This document shows positions 27,043 through 38,619 of a stretch of DNA of 64,000 bases, in pieces. Both the position numbers and the translations under genes were made by a program. How positions within the stretch are numbered: position 1 is the stretch's first letter; each line of letters begins with the position of its first letter. The notes beneath the pieces are model-generated. The model saw nothing but the letters and a program-made list of their open reading frames with translations, did no database searches and was not told where the DNA came from. The DNA comes from Lama guanicoe (taxonomy: Eukaryota): the NCBI GenBank assembly GCA_013239625.1, contig MU054098.1, positions 620,001 through 684,000 on the forward strand, given 5' to 3'.

Positions 27043-28520
27043 GTACTCAATTAAAGTTAGCTATTATAATTACTGTTATCATCATCTTCTTTACAATCAT
27101 CATTGAACCCAGTTAAAAGGCTCTTGGATTACACATGTAGGCTTAGGGGAAAGAGTTTGGAAATAAAGGCTGGAAATTTGGTTTTCTAGGAATTGGCACA
27201 TTAGCAGATGATATAAAACCACTGAAACTTTCCATGAAGAAATAAGATTTTCCATACTCAAAAACGGGGAACACCTATACCAGAAATTGTATTTGGGATT
27301 AGCCAAAAGAAGTAAAAGATATAATGAAGTGAGTCTTCAGAATATCAGAAATGAACACCACACCAGGAAACTCAAATTTAACTTGAGAGGATAGAAGAGA
27401 GTTTCCTTTTGATGTAGAAAATGTAGAGGGCAGAGTTTCACCAAGTTAGCAATAGAGTATTGGCAGTACTTAAACTCTTGGTGCTTTGATTTCTCTACCT
27501 GTAAATGGAGATAGTAAATGCTCAACAGTTAGAACAGGGCCTGGCACTGAGAAAGCACTCAGTTAGGTGTTAGTTCTTATTTAGCTTAGATGGTGCTGTC
27601 CGTCTGCCTGTAGTGAAATGACCTTTGCAAGTAGAACTGGAACATTAACTAAAATTACATTCTGAATTTGTTGGAGAATTACAGACGTAATTAATCTGCA
27701 AAAGTTGTATATATTTAAGGGGGAAAGAAGAGAAAGTACAAAAACTGATTAGAGATAGCAGACTCTAGAGATGAGAACCACCACCAGGACCTCTGGACTG
27801 TGCTCTTTAATATATGTCACTGTAAGTTTCTGTAAATATACTGAGTGCTGTTCTTCTCTTTTACACCTGGAATTGAAATTTACCTGGTAAAGAAAAATTT
27901 CCCCCTAGGATAAAGAGCCTCTAGTGAAATGACTGTGTGTTGGGAAAGGGGATATTGGGAGAAGATGTTTGAACCAAAAAGTAAAGATTCACAGGTGCAG
28001 ATGTGTGGGCCTGGGGTATCCCAAGTACCTAACCTCATGAATTGATTTGCAAGAGGGAGAGGCCTTCATTTATTCATCAAAAAAAAAAAAAAACAAACAC
28101 CCAGATACAGGGGTAAATGCTAGGTATAAGACTGACAAATTCACTGCTTAACTTTTCAAAGGGAAGTTTTTATGTGGATGCCTGAGGACGGAAATTAAGG
28201 TATCAGCAAATACATTCTAGATCAGCCCTATAGAATGCGTAAGCCCTGAGGCGACTATGGTAAGTAAAAAAGAAAAAAATAGAATTGTTTTACAGAGGGA
28301 TTTTGTGAAGGGGGCAAGGACAAGCATTACTTTTTCAATTTTAGATAACAAAGTGTGCTACATATTTCTAATTTTTGCAAGGAACACTAAGTACAATAAA
28401 GACCCAAGCAAATGCAGCACCATGTGGTATCTTGAGGGTTTGTAGGTTTGGCAGGACCAGGTGACAGCACCCAAGACAAGTAAGGCAGCATTCTCATGGA
28501 AGGCACTGGTGGTGAAATGG

Positions 28521-28600
28521 CAGAGCATCAGCAGAGACCACAATGCCTGGTGGGAGATTGTGGATTCCCAACAGACATGGCGGTACTCAGCAGATGCCCA
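28521..28600 (-). ncRNA. MIR1911: pre-miR-1911 hairpin (5p 28567-28589 UGAGUACCGCCAUGUCUGUUGGG; 3p about 28531-28552 CACCAGGCAUUGUGGUCUCUGC)
   Basis: 5p arm identical to miR-1911-5p as I recall it; arms base-pair; CNNC (CACC) about 17 nt after the predicted 3p end; same strand as the host. Confidence 0.93.
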
Positions 28601-28665
28601 GCGAATGATGATGGATGCCCAATGGGAGATGATGGATGACCAGTGAGAGATGATGGATGAGCAGC
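28593..28665. repeat. Degenerate 21-bp tandem repeat, about 3.5 units
   Basis: GATGCCCAGCGAATGATGATG / GATGCCCAATGGGAGATGATG / GATGACCAGTGAGAGATGATG / GATGAGCAG... Confidence 0.85.
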
Positions 28666-29859
28666 AGATACAGTGAATGCTGGCAGGTGATGGTGGATAC
28701 ATACATGCTCGATGAAAGCCTAGAACAGTTGTAGCAGTGCATGATGCAAATTGGCTTATTTATGATCACATGTGAGGCAACTCCTGGGACTTCTAGAAGC
28801 ATTTGGAGGGAAGGTGTGTAACTTCCCAGGGAATTGGAGTGACTTCGTTAGCACATGGGGACAACAAGCCAGTGAATTTCGGGCATCGATATCAAGGTTG
28901 TTTCTTTTGTGCCCACAAGGTGTGAGGCACAAAAGCTGTGTTTTGTGTCACAACTTAAATGCCTTTAGGTACTGGGTAGGTCATGATCAGTGAGTAAGGC
29001 AGCTTTACGTAAGGCAGTGTAAGAAAATGGGGAGTGGTAAAAACACAGCGAAGTTGGAACCCACACACAATTGAATAAAAGATATTCAATTTACAAAGTC
29101 TAAACATCATTGGTTAGTCTAAAACAAAACTTACCTGCAGACAGAAGTCAGATAAAGAGTGGCCAGGCCATGACCTCTGGTTTTGGTGAACACTGAGTAT
29201 CAATGTGCTAGAGCTTCCTTTATCATTTTTTCTAGGAAAGTGTTACCACCTTTACACAAGTGAGAACATTGTTTCATTTTGAGAATGAACTCTAGATTTA
29301 CAAATTTTTGAGATGTGCTATATATATGAGAAAATTATCTTGTAATATTTGTTAACCATTTCAAAGAAATCAAAAAGATTCTAGAGATCACATGTTTATT
29401 TCCATTAACTATACCTGTTGTAGAATATTTAGGACAACTTGACTCCACTGAATGACTGTTGACAAAGTCCTGAAAATCCCCAGATGCAACAGTGGAAAAT
29501 ATATGAGTAAATTTATGTGTTAGATATAGTCCCAAACCCTCTTTCCCAAATGTATTCCTGGAGCCTGGGTTGGACAGTATCTATCCTTTACTAAAAGGTA
29601 TAAATCTCCAGCAAAAGGGATTTAGAGTTTAAGGAATCTTTCAAAAGAAATGAAGATGAAATTATAAAATGGAAGAAGACTTCGCTTATAAGTGTATATT
29701 CTATTTTAAACATGTATTGCAATAAATGTATATTCTATCATCTATCTATATATAACTTGCAGTAATTTTGTAGAAGGAAAAGTGGATAATTTAGTAGCTC
29801 TGTCTAATATAGTTATTCTTGGAAGGAATGTTCTAAGTGACATGTAACATGAAGCAATG

Positions 29860-30095
29860 ATTAAGAATGAGGCTTTCGGTGTTTGGTAGGCCTGCATTTA
29901 ATAGTCGGTTATTTCAGTGACAAGTTCTGAAGCTGTAGGCACATTACTTAACTTAAACATTAGTTTCTTCATCTTTAAAACATGAACAAAATAAATCATA
30001 GATATTAGTCTATAAGAATTAAAGGAGTAAATATATGCAAAATTCTTTGCACAATGCCTGAAAAATAGTATTTTCTCAATTCATGGTACTTATTA
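29860..30095 (+). mobile_element. MIR SINE
   Basis: Near full-length diverged MIR: ATTACTTAACTT...TAGTTTCTTCATCTTTAAAA...GCACAATGCCTGAAAAATAGTA. Confidence 0.7.
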
Positions 30096-31259
30096 TGAAT
30101 GTGAAGATGAAATGTGGTGATTGTAGTCTAGGGCCTCATAGAGTTATTAGTTGACAGTTTTAGTTCTCTCCCCTTCCAGAACTCAAAGCCTTTCAAATTC
30201 CCATTAACATACTTAAACAGTTGATTAATTTACTTTGTACACGCTCCTATGAAATATTTTGGTAACAACTGACCCGTTCATAATTTCCACAGGTATTCTA
30301 GCTACCAGATGTATTTTTGATGGAGAGATTTCTTGACTCAAGTGAACAGAGACCCAAACCCAATACACTTACCTTTTCAAAGAATCCAGACTGCATATTT
30401 AGGTAATTATTACAACTAGCTCTACTTTAGAAAGAGAAATTGTAACAATCTTAAAAAGAGTTTTATTGATGTTTACCTGCTTTAGTCCATTAAAATGGTT
30501 GTTTATAAACTGCATAGTTTTACATTTCTGAACATATTTCCTCTAAGTAAAAATAAAGCTGCTAAAATAGATAACCACTTCCTTAAAAAATAACCTCAAA
30601 TCTACTTTTGTACAAAAATGTTTGCACAAATTGCATACCGGTGGTGAAGGGAGAAACCTCTCTCCTCCAAATCCCCTGGGTACCTAGTTTGCCTGAGGAC
30701 TTGCAAATGAATTATAACTATGTTGTTTGAAAAGAAATCCTGGCTATCAGAAAGAGGACTTGGGTTGGTGTAGCTCCATTATGGTGAATTAAATAGTGTA
30801 TGGGAAAGCATTGTTAATATTCAGTGGCAGCTATTTTGTGATAATGTCTGGATAGAAAATCAGAAGTTCAAGAGTGAACTCCCCGGACTTGCATAAATTA
30901 ATCCAATGGCTTTGAAAGAGAAACCATGCTCATCTGGTGACCCCAAATATTGACAGGAGAAAATTATCCAAGGAAAAGGCTATAAAAACTTGGTTGGAAC
31001 ACTCTTCTTTGAGGGGACATACATTACAAAACTATAGAGAAATTTATAAGAATAAGAATAAGGAACTGCAGCTTACCCTTGCAAAGCTATATACATTGGC
31101 ATGTGTGTCATTTAAATTACTAAAATTTTCTTTTTTCCTATTGGTTTTTGCTTACTACTGGGAAGGGTATTTTCCCTAGTCATTCCCCGCTCCTTCTTAC
31201 TTCAAAAGTATCTGTACCTTGTGAATGACTGTCAGTTTCTGAGATAAAGATGCTCTTTG

Positions 31260-31395
31260 CTATTGTTCTGCTCCTATCTCGTCAACTAGATTATACATGC
31301 CATGAAGTTATTTGTATTTTTTTCCTGCTGTATCCCCAGCATCTAGCATGGCACCTAATGTTTAGGGGGAGGTCAAAACTGATGAACGAATGTTA
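31260..31395 (+). mobile_element. L2 LINE 3' terminus
   Basis: CTGTATCCCCAGCATCTAGCATGGCACCT...TGATGAACGAATG. Confidence 0.65.
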
Positions 31396-33904
31396 TTGAA
31401 TTGATTCCCACCGGATCTGAGTAAATGGTAATAGAGTGGGTGAGGAAAGCCAAGGGTGGGAAATAAGGTGATGATTTCCAAGGTGCAGTAAAGTGCTGGG
31501 AAATTGTTATGAAGCATGAGAAAGATGGATCAGACCCCAGAGCAAGCGAGGTGCCAGGCCGCATGGCTCTATTTCACTTAGCAGTGGGTTTGTATAAAGC
31601 ACTAAAACTCCAGAAACAACAGAAGGATTTGAGATTGATAAATTAGAGGTCTGAGGGGCCCTGTGTAAAATTAAATATAACTTAGATATTTGGGAACTCA
31701 GTAAAGAGAACCAAGAGCAAGGATTACTTTAAACTTTCAAGGTTTATATTTAGATTGAGTTTTGAAACCAAATTTTCTTCATTTAATATTTTCAAGGATG
31801 TACTTTATATGCCAAAGCAGTTAAATTTTAAATGTACAATCTTACTATGCATGTATGCATACCTATTTGAATTTTAAATAAATATGGAGTATATTGAGTC
31901 TGAACATTAAAATATATTACTGGCAGAGAGACCACCAGATCAGAAGGAATAACTTGCAAAACTGGTAGCCAGACCTCTACTCTGGGCGCACCTGTATGCA
32001 AATAACATACATTCACACCTATCAAATGGAAGTTGCTGAAAAGAGGGATGGCTGCAATGGAAAATATATTTATTTTTCAAGGGGAGAAATGGTAAATATC
32101 TAAATTTGAGCATGACTGTTTTTAATTCCTACCATTGAAAAATGAAGGCTATAATTTTGTGAAAATAAATTATTTTTGTTTGTGCAAGAACATGAGATGA
32201 AATTGTCACTATTGTGTGAATATTAAACATGACGAATCTTGGTTCTTTATTATAGTTCTATATACCTAAGATCAAAATGTCCAGGTCAGGCAAAAGAAAA
32301 AGGAGTGTTCAAATAGAACACTCAATTATTATTTTGCAGACTTTTGTGGAATTTTTAATATGGGTGAGTAAGTCCAAATATCTATGTCTGAAGGTAATAT
32401 TTACCTATGTATCAATATTGATTTTTATTTGAATATGTTCTTTTTTTCTCCATTGTTAATTTACTTGTTAACTTGTTCTGGTAATGATTCAGTATTTCTT
32501 CTGTTTATTTAAGGGTGATTGTATATGATGGAGAAAGGTTTATGTATGTGAAAATCTCAGAAAAGTCATCCATTTTGGAAAGACCTAACAGGGTCTGAAA
32601 GGCAATTTGATAACAAAACATCTTCGAGATGAACACTCATTATTATTGTTAACTTTTATTTCTTTCTGAAATTATTGGATAGTGATTTTTAAAAACTAAA
32701 ATAAACTGGCTATCATACCATCTTTATCACTGAACAGAATATGTGATAATATTCAATTTTGTAAATTGATATAAACAAATTGTTACATCGATATACATGA
32801 GTTTGATCATTATTATTAAAATGTTTTGTAGCAAATCTATTTGTAGGAAAGAAAGGCATAGGATCACAAATGTTGCTTGGCAAACATTTATCGTTGGGGT
32901 GTGGGTGTGTGTTTTCTAAGTTTTTATTCCTCCTAACTTTATAACATTGGGAACACACATTACCCACTTGCAGGAATCTTGTCAGGCTGGCAGGATATAC
33001 AAAGGGCAAGGGCAATTGGTTTCCTAATACATGTTAATAGAAATGTTTAGGCTGGGTATTGTTTTCTGATAAATAATAAAATTATAGTAAATTGAAATTG
33101 TAGAGTACAATATAATTCTGTTAGCAAAATTCTAACTAGACACATTTCAACCATTTGATACCAATACATTGGTGATTTTAAGCAGATGAGGAAAAAGAAA
33201 TTTCTGCTGATGATTATAAATGTTGAGATATTTTACTTTTTATTAGGTGGCTTTTTGAATGTCATCACCATGGAATGCCAAGTTGCATTTGTAGGCACAA
33301 GTGTCTTATCCACTTGAACAGTTTGGGTACTTGTGCAGCAACAGGAGAATTCATCAAGGAAAGGTAAAGATTTGACTTTATTCATTTTGGAATTCTCATT
33401 TTTTTGGTTATATTTTTGAACATTTTGAAACTATGGTTAAAATGGTGGCTAGAAAAAAATTAAATTGTACTGAAAATATCTGAGATGTGAATGCAATATA
33501 GATTCAGGGCTAGTGGTGCTGTAGGAATTGAACAATCTGCTGAATATTATTGAGAGAAAATAGGGTTTTCAGTTCATGACTTAATTGAAAACTGTGTTAA
33601 TCTATAATAGAATGATGCCAAAGACAATTTAGCCTAATTGTTTTAAAATTTTTTATGACCTTAGTGGTTCTCACTGAACTATGTAATTTCTATAATAAGA
33701 GTGCTTTTGTACAGATATCTTTCTGCCGCTTACACTTATATTTTATACCTTAAATATTATACATGTATTATTATATATTTTAATATTTTACATATACTAT
33801 TCCTCAAAAGAGGGACCAAGGTCCCCTGAGGGATGGGGAGTTCCAAGTCTTAGTATGGAATGAGACTAGAATGCTTCAAAATTTATATATGTCTTACATG
33901 TACA

Positions 33905-34018
33905 TTTTTGGGGGAGGAGTAATTAGGTTTATTTATTTTAAGGGAGGTACTGGGGTTTGAACCCAGGACCTTGTGCATGCTAAGCATGAGCTTTACCACT
34001 GAGCTCTACCCTCCCCCC
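33905..34018 (-). mobile_element. tRNA-derived SINE (Vic-1-like)
   Basis: Reverse complement GGGGGGAGGGTAGAGCTCAGTGGTAAAGCTCATGCTTAGCATGCACAAGGTCCTGGGTTCAAACCCCAGTACCTCC plus tail. Confidence 0.92.
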
Positions 34019-34360
34019 ATTTTTAAATTAAACTTTTTATTTTGAGATAATTGTAGATTCACATGCAGTTAGTTGTAAGAAATAATGCAGAGAGATCATT
34101 AATGCCCTTTTGTTACCCGGTTGCCCCCAGTGGTAACATCTTGCAAAAGTATAGTAATATATCACAACCAGAAAACTGACACTTACATAATTAAGATAAC
34201 AGAACACTTCCATCACCACATGGGTTTCTCTTGTTCCCCCTTTTATAAGCACATCCACTTCCCTCCCCTATACCCCAGCAGTAAACCCTAGAAACCATTA
34301 ATCTTTCTCCATTTCTGTAATTTTGTCATGTAAAGAATGCTATATGAATGGAAACATACA

Positions 34361-34495
34361 GGGGGGAAGGGTATTGCTCAAGTGATAGAGTGCATGCTTA
34401 ACATGCACGAGTTCAATCCCCAGTACCTCCTCTAAACAAATAAATAAATGAATCTAATTACCCCCCACCCACCCAAAAAAAAAAAGAACAAAAAA
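34361..34495 (+). mobile_element. tRNA-derived SINE (Vic-1-like) nested in L1
   Basis: GGGGGGAAGGGTATTGCTCAAGTGATAGAGTGCATGC...GTTCAATCCCCAGTACCTCC with a short internal deletion; 14-bp TSD AATGGAAACATACA/AATGGAAGCATACA. Confidence 0.9.
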
Positions 34496-34922
34496 AATGG
34501 AAGCATACAGCATGAGATCTTTTGGGATTGGCATTTTTTCACTCAGAATAATTTTCCGGAGAGTCATCCAGGGTGCTGTGTGAATCAAAAGTCATTCTTT
34601 TTTACTGCTGAGTCATATTCCATGGTGGGAATGTGCCTCAGTTTGTTTAACCATTCACCCATTAAATAGTGTTTCCAGTTCAGAGCTATTGTGAATAAAG
34701 CTGCTATAAACATCAGCATACAGGTTTTCACGTAAACATACGTTTTCATTTCTGTGGGGTTAATGCCCAAGAATGCAACTGCTGGATAGTATAGGGAGTT
34801 GCCTGGTCAGATTTTCAAGAAACTGCCAACTAGTCTCCAAAAGTGTCTGTACCAAGTTATTTTCCCATCAGCAATGTATGAGCAATTCAGTTTCTCTGAA
34901 TCCTTGGTAACATTTACTCTTG

Positions 34923-34924
<2 letters not shown>

Positions 34925-34972
<48 letters not shown>
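34925..34972 (+). repeat. (ATT)16 microsatellite
   Basis: Read directly; explains the poly-Ile ORF. Confidence 0.95.
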
Positions 34973-34975
<3 letters not shown>

Positions 34976-35192
34976 TTATTTTAGCCATTCTGATAGGTGT
35001 GAAGTAGCATCTCATTGTGGTTTTAATTTGCACTTCCCTAATGTCTAATGATGTTGAACATCTTTTCATGTGCTTATTTGCCATCTGTATATTCTCTATG
35101 GCGAAATGTCTCTTTGTGTCTTTTACCCAATATTTAAATGGATTTTTTTTCTGTTGAGATTTGGGAGTACTTCAGATGCTCTAAATACTAGT

Positions 35193-35501
35193 TGTGGTAG
35201 GCTGAAAGATGACTTCTTACAAGCGATCCCCATCCTAATCCTTGGAACCTGTGAATGTTATCTTATATGGCAATAAAAAGGAGTCATTGTAGAAGTAATG
35301 AAATTAAGGAACTTGAACAAAGAGTGGGTAGATAATCCCCCGTAGCCTCCGAGGGATCACATCTTTGCAGACACCTAGATTTTAGCCTCACGACACTGAT
35401 TGCAGACTTCCAGCCTCCAGAACTGAGAAAGAATAAATTTCTGTTTTTCCAAGTGACCAAGTCTGTGGTAATTTCTTACAGCAGCTTGGGAAACTATTAC
35501 A
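35193..35501 (+). mobile_element. MaLR solo LTR (MLT1D-like, internally deleted) nested in L1
   Basis: TGTGGTAGGCTG...CCTAATCCTTGGAACCTGTGAATGTTA...CAGCCTCCAGAACTGAGAAAGAATAAATTTCTG...GGAAACTATTACA; 5-bp TSD CTAGT/CTATT. Confidence 0.88.
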
Positions 35502-35602
35502 CTATTATTTTTCTTTTGAGTATATGGTTTTTAAATATTTCTCCTACTCTGTAGTTTGTCTTTTTATTCTCTAAAAATCATCCTTGGGAGAACAAAGTTT
35601 TT

Positions 35603-35754
35603 CTTTAATTAAATTTTTAAAAAATTTTTTGAGGGGGGAGGTACTCTTTTTTAAATTAATTGATTGATTAATTTTAATAGAGGTACAGGGGATTGAACTC
35701 AGGACCTCGTGCATGCTAAGCACGCGTTCTCCCACTGAACTATACCCTCCCCTC
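35603..35754 (-). mobile_element. tRNA-derived SINE (Vic-1-like) nested in L1
   Basis: Reverse complement GGGGAGGGTATAGTTCAGTGGGAGAACGCGTGCTTAGCATGCACGAGGTCCTGAGTTCAATCCCCTGTACCTC; flanked by CAAAG(T/G)TTTT direct repeats. Confidence 0.9.
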
Positions 35755-36370
35755 CAAAGGTTTTAATTTTGATGAAGTCCAATTTATACATTTTTCTCGT
35801 ATGGGTTTTTCTTTTATGGAAGATGTGCAACTGTGATTTTGCTATGAAATCTAAGAACTCTGCCTAGGCCTGGATATAGATTTTTCTATGTTAGTTTCTC
35901 TAAAAGTTTTATAGTTTTACATTTTACATTTAAGTCTGTGATCTGTTTTGAGTTAATTTTTTATACGGTGTAAAGTTTAGATCAAGGGTGTTTTTTTTTT
36001 TTTAGCCTATGGATAACCAGTTTCTTTCGTACCATTTGTTCTTCCATTGAATTTCTTTTGCACCTATGTCAAAAATTAATTGGGCATATTTATGTGGCTC
36101 TATTTCTGGGTTCTCTATTCTATTCCGTTAGTCTTTGTATCCATACCTCTACCAAGACAACATTGTCTTGATTACTGCTGCTATATAGTAAAATTTCACA
36201 TAAAGTAGGATGATTCCTTCCACTTTATTCTTCTTTTTAAAGATAGTTTTAACTATTTTAGAACCTGTCTGCCTTTTCATATACATTTTAGGATAAACTT
36301 GTCTATCTCTAAAAAATCTTGCTGGGATTTTGATAGAAATTGTATTAAATCTGTAAGTCAATTTGAGAAA

Positions 36371-36550
36371 TGTTATAGGCTGGATCATATCCCCCCAAAT
36401 TCATATGTTGAAGCCCCTTGTACCTCAGAATGTAACTGTATTTGGAGATATGGTCTTTAAAAAGGTAATTAAGTTAAAATGAGTTCATTAGGGTAGGCTC
36501 TAACCTAATATGACTAGCGTCCTTAAGACGAGGACATTTCAACACAGACA
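36371..36550 (+). mobile_element. MaLR LTR 5' half (MLT1A/B-like)
   Basis: TGTTATAGGCTG...CCCCCCAAATTCATATGTTGAAG...ACCTCAGAATGTAACTGTATTTGGAGAT...GGGTAGGCTCTAACCTAATATGACT. Confidence 0.85.
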
Positions 36551-38016
36551 GTACTAGTACAAATGAAACAGATTTAGTTCTTCCTTTCCAATCTATATTC
36601 TTCTCTTTTATCATCTTATTGTAGTGGCTAGAACTTTCAGTACTATGTTGTGTAACAGTGCTGAAAGCTATAACCTTTCCTTGTTCCTAATCTTAGGAGT
36701 AAAGCATCCAGCCTTGCACCCAGATTCCACTGTTTCCACTACTGTGGGTGGGTGAGCTTGCCCTGTTACTGGGAGTGGTCTCTCTGCTAAGTCCCTGCTT
36801 TGGTTTTTGTTTGTTTGTTTGTCTATGACAATTGAAGATCCTGAGTTTCAAGTTTCCAGTATCTAGACTGGGATATATGACAGGTAAAAAACAAACAAAC
36901 AAACAGGGAAGTCACTGCAGTGTCATTTTTCAAGTACTAAGTTCCCTGGACAGTCCACTTTCTTCTTTGCACTTTCAGAGTCACTTTATGATTGTCAAAT
37001 TCTTTACAGCATATTTAGTTGTACTTAGAGGAGAGCAGCAGGGAAAAGTGAGTCTATGCCTTTTTATCTCTGGACCACTTAAAAAATATTATGTTATAAA
37101 ATATAATGCAAGCCTTTTTTTTTTTAAAAAAACGATGAACCTAGACTATCTTTTTTTTACTATGGAACTTAGAGATACTTTGAAGTGATTTCTCAGGTTG
37201 GTAGAGTTGATCGTGGGTGGAGTCTAGCAGTTCAACTGCCAGTGCCCAAAGGAGGAGGTGCTAGGCTGTTAACGGAGGATACGGACACCTATTGTTGGAC
37301 CCTTTTGAGTAAATAGCGTGTGAATGCTTGTGACTTCAGTGTTATCTTTTAAAACATAGCTAATGCTTCCAGGCACTTTGCTGATCCGTGTAGAGAAATA
37401 GAGCTTAACTCATATTTGTCAACAGCTGTATATTTAGAGTGTTCTTAGGTACGTTGCATTAGCCAATCAGTTCTGCATTATGAGTCTTAATATCCTGGAC
37501 CAGTAGACCAAAGGACATGATCCTTTCTTTTGTGAGAGTTAAAGGGTACCTAAAAAATATTGCTGGGTGGCTTGGGAGGGGATAGGGAGGTAGCCAAAGA
37601 ATGAAAACAAAACAAAAAAATATAATCATTCAAATAAAAATGTAGCTTACCATATGAAAGATACTGAGATTTTCACAAATTATATAAAGAACTTTTAAAT
37701 ACATTTGAATATTTTTTCTCATTTATATATGGCATTGCTGTACTAAAATAAACCTGTACTGTCTAGATACTAAATCTGAAAAGTTCTGATTTAAATGTTT
37801 TATTTCATTCTAAATTATTCTTGACTTAAATATCTAAAGCCTGAGAATTTCCATATCATTGTGTTAAAAAGTGTAAACTTTCTGAAATTTAATAGTGTAT
37901 GCTCAATTCCATTAGAAATTTGAAAATTATTTTACATACCCATTTCTAGGTCTCCATTTGACATCTCTTACATTTAATGTTCTTAGTCCCTTTGCAAGTA
38001 GTTCTGTTTTGGTATT

Positions 38017-38056
38017 ATGATGATGATGATGGTAATGATGATGATGATGATGATGA
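38017..38056 (+). repeat. Interrupted (ATG)n microsatellite
   Basis: Read directly. Confidence 0.9.
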
Positions 38057-38619
38057 AGGTAGATCCCAAGTGAGAATTGGATGAAAAAAATAGTTGGAGA
38101 GAAGTGGAAAGCTGGGAATGTGGGTATCTGAATCTCTGAGTGTGTACATGCACATTAACTACTTATACTCTATTAATTACATCTCTTTACATCTACCTGT
38201 TAAGGACAAAATCTTACCTATCACCACAGCCGATCTTCCGAGAAGTTTGGAGTGAGCAGGAGTTTTTAGGGTGGAAAACACTTATAGCAATAACAATATT
38301 TTTAAACTGGAGACCTGAGGTCATTGTGGAATTTCACAATAAATAAAAAATTTTACATATTTGAGGGAGCAAGAATAATCATTTTGAAGCATAGTTTGAA
38401 CTAAATACCTCAATGACAACCAAAAGCCTCAGACATCAAATGAATGTTTGAGGCATAACCAGTTCACAGACTGCTTAATTTCTGCTAATACCTTGAAACA
38501 TTTTTTAAAACCAGTAGGCCAATTCTTGATATTCTTGGGAAAAATCTGACTTCCAATTTTCCTCTAATTTAGCTTGCATGCTCCCTCCCCACAAAATCCT
38601 TAAACCTCTGTTTTCTCAT

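Larger units (their letters stand above)
34020..37075 (-). mobile_element. Old L1 (L1MC-like) remnant: 3' UTR, ORF2 C-terminal pieces and probable 5' segment, interrupted by SINEs, MaLR LTRs and an (ATT)n tract
   Basis: 3' end TTGAGATAATTGTAGATTCACATGCAG. Minus-strand ORFs MGINPTEMKTYVYVKTCMLMFIAALFTIA and KLTYRFNTISIKIPARFF...KKNKVEGIILLYVKFYYIAAVIKT are L1 ORF2-like. Confidence 0.88.

Noticed and set aside
28358..28802. Overlapping ORFs with 7-aa repeats (SIISHW) as a novel protein
   Set aside because: They arise from the 21-bp tandem repeat and the miR-1911 hairpin; there is no splice or homology support.
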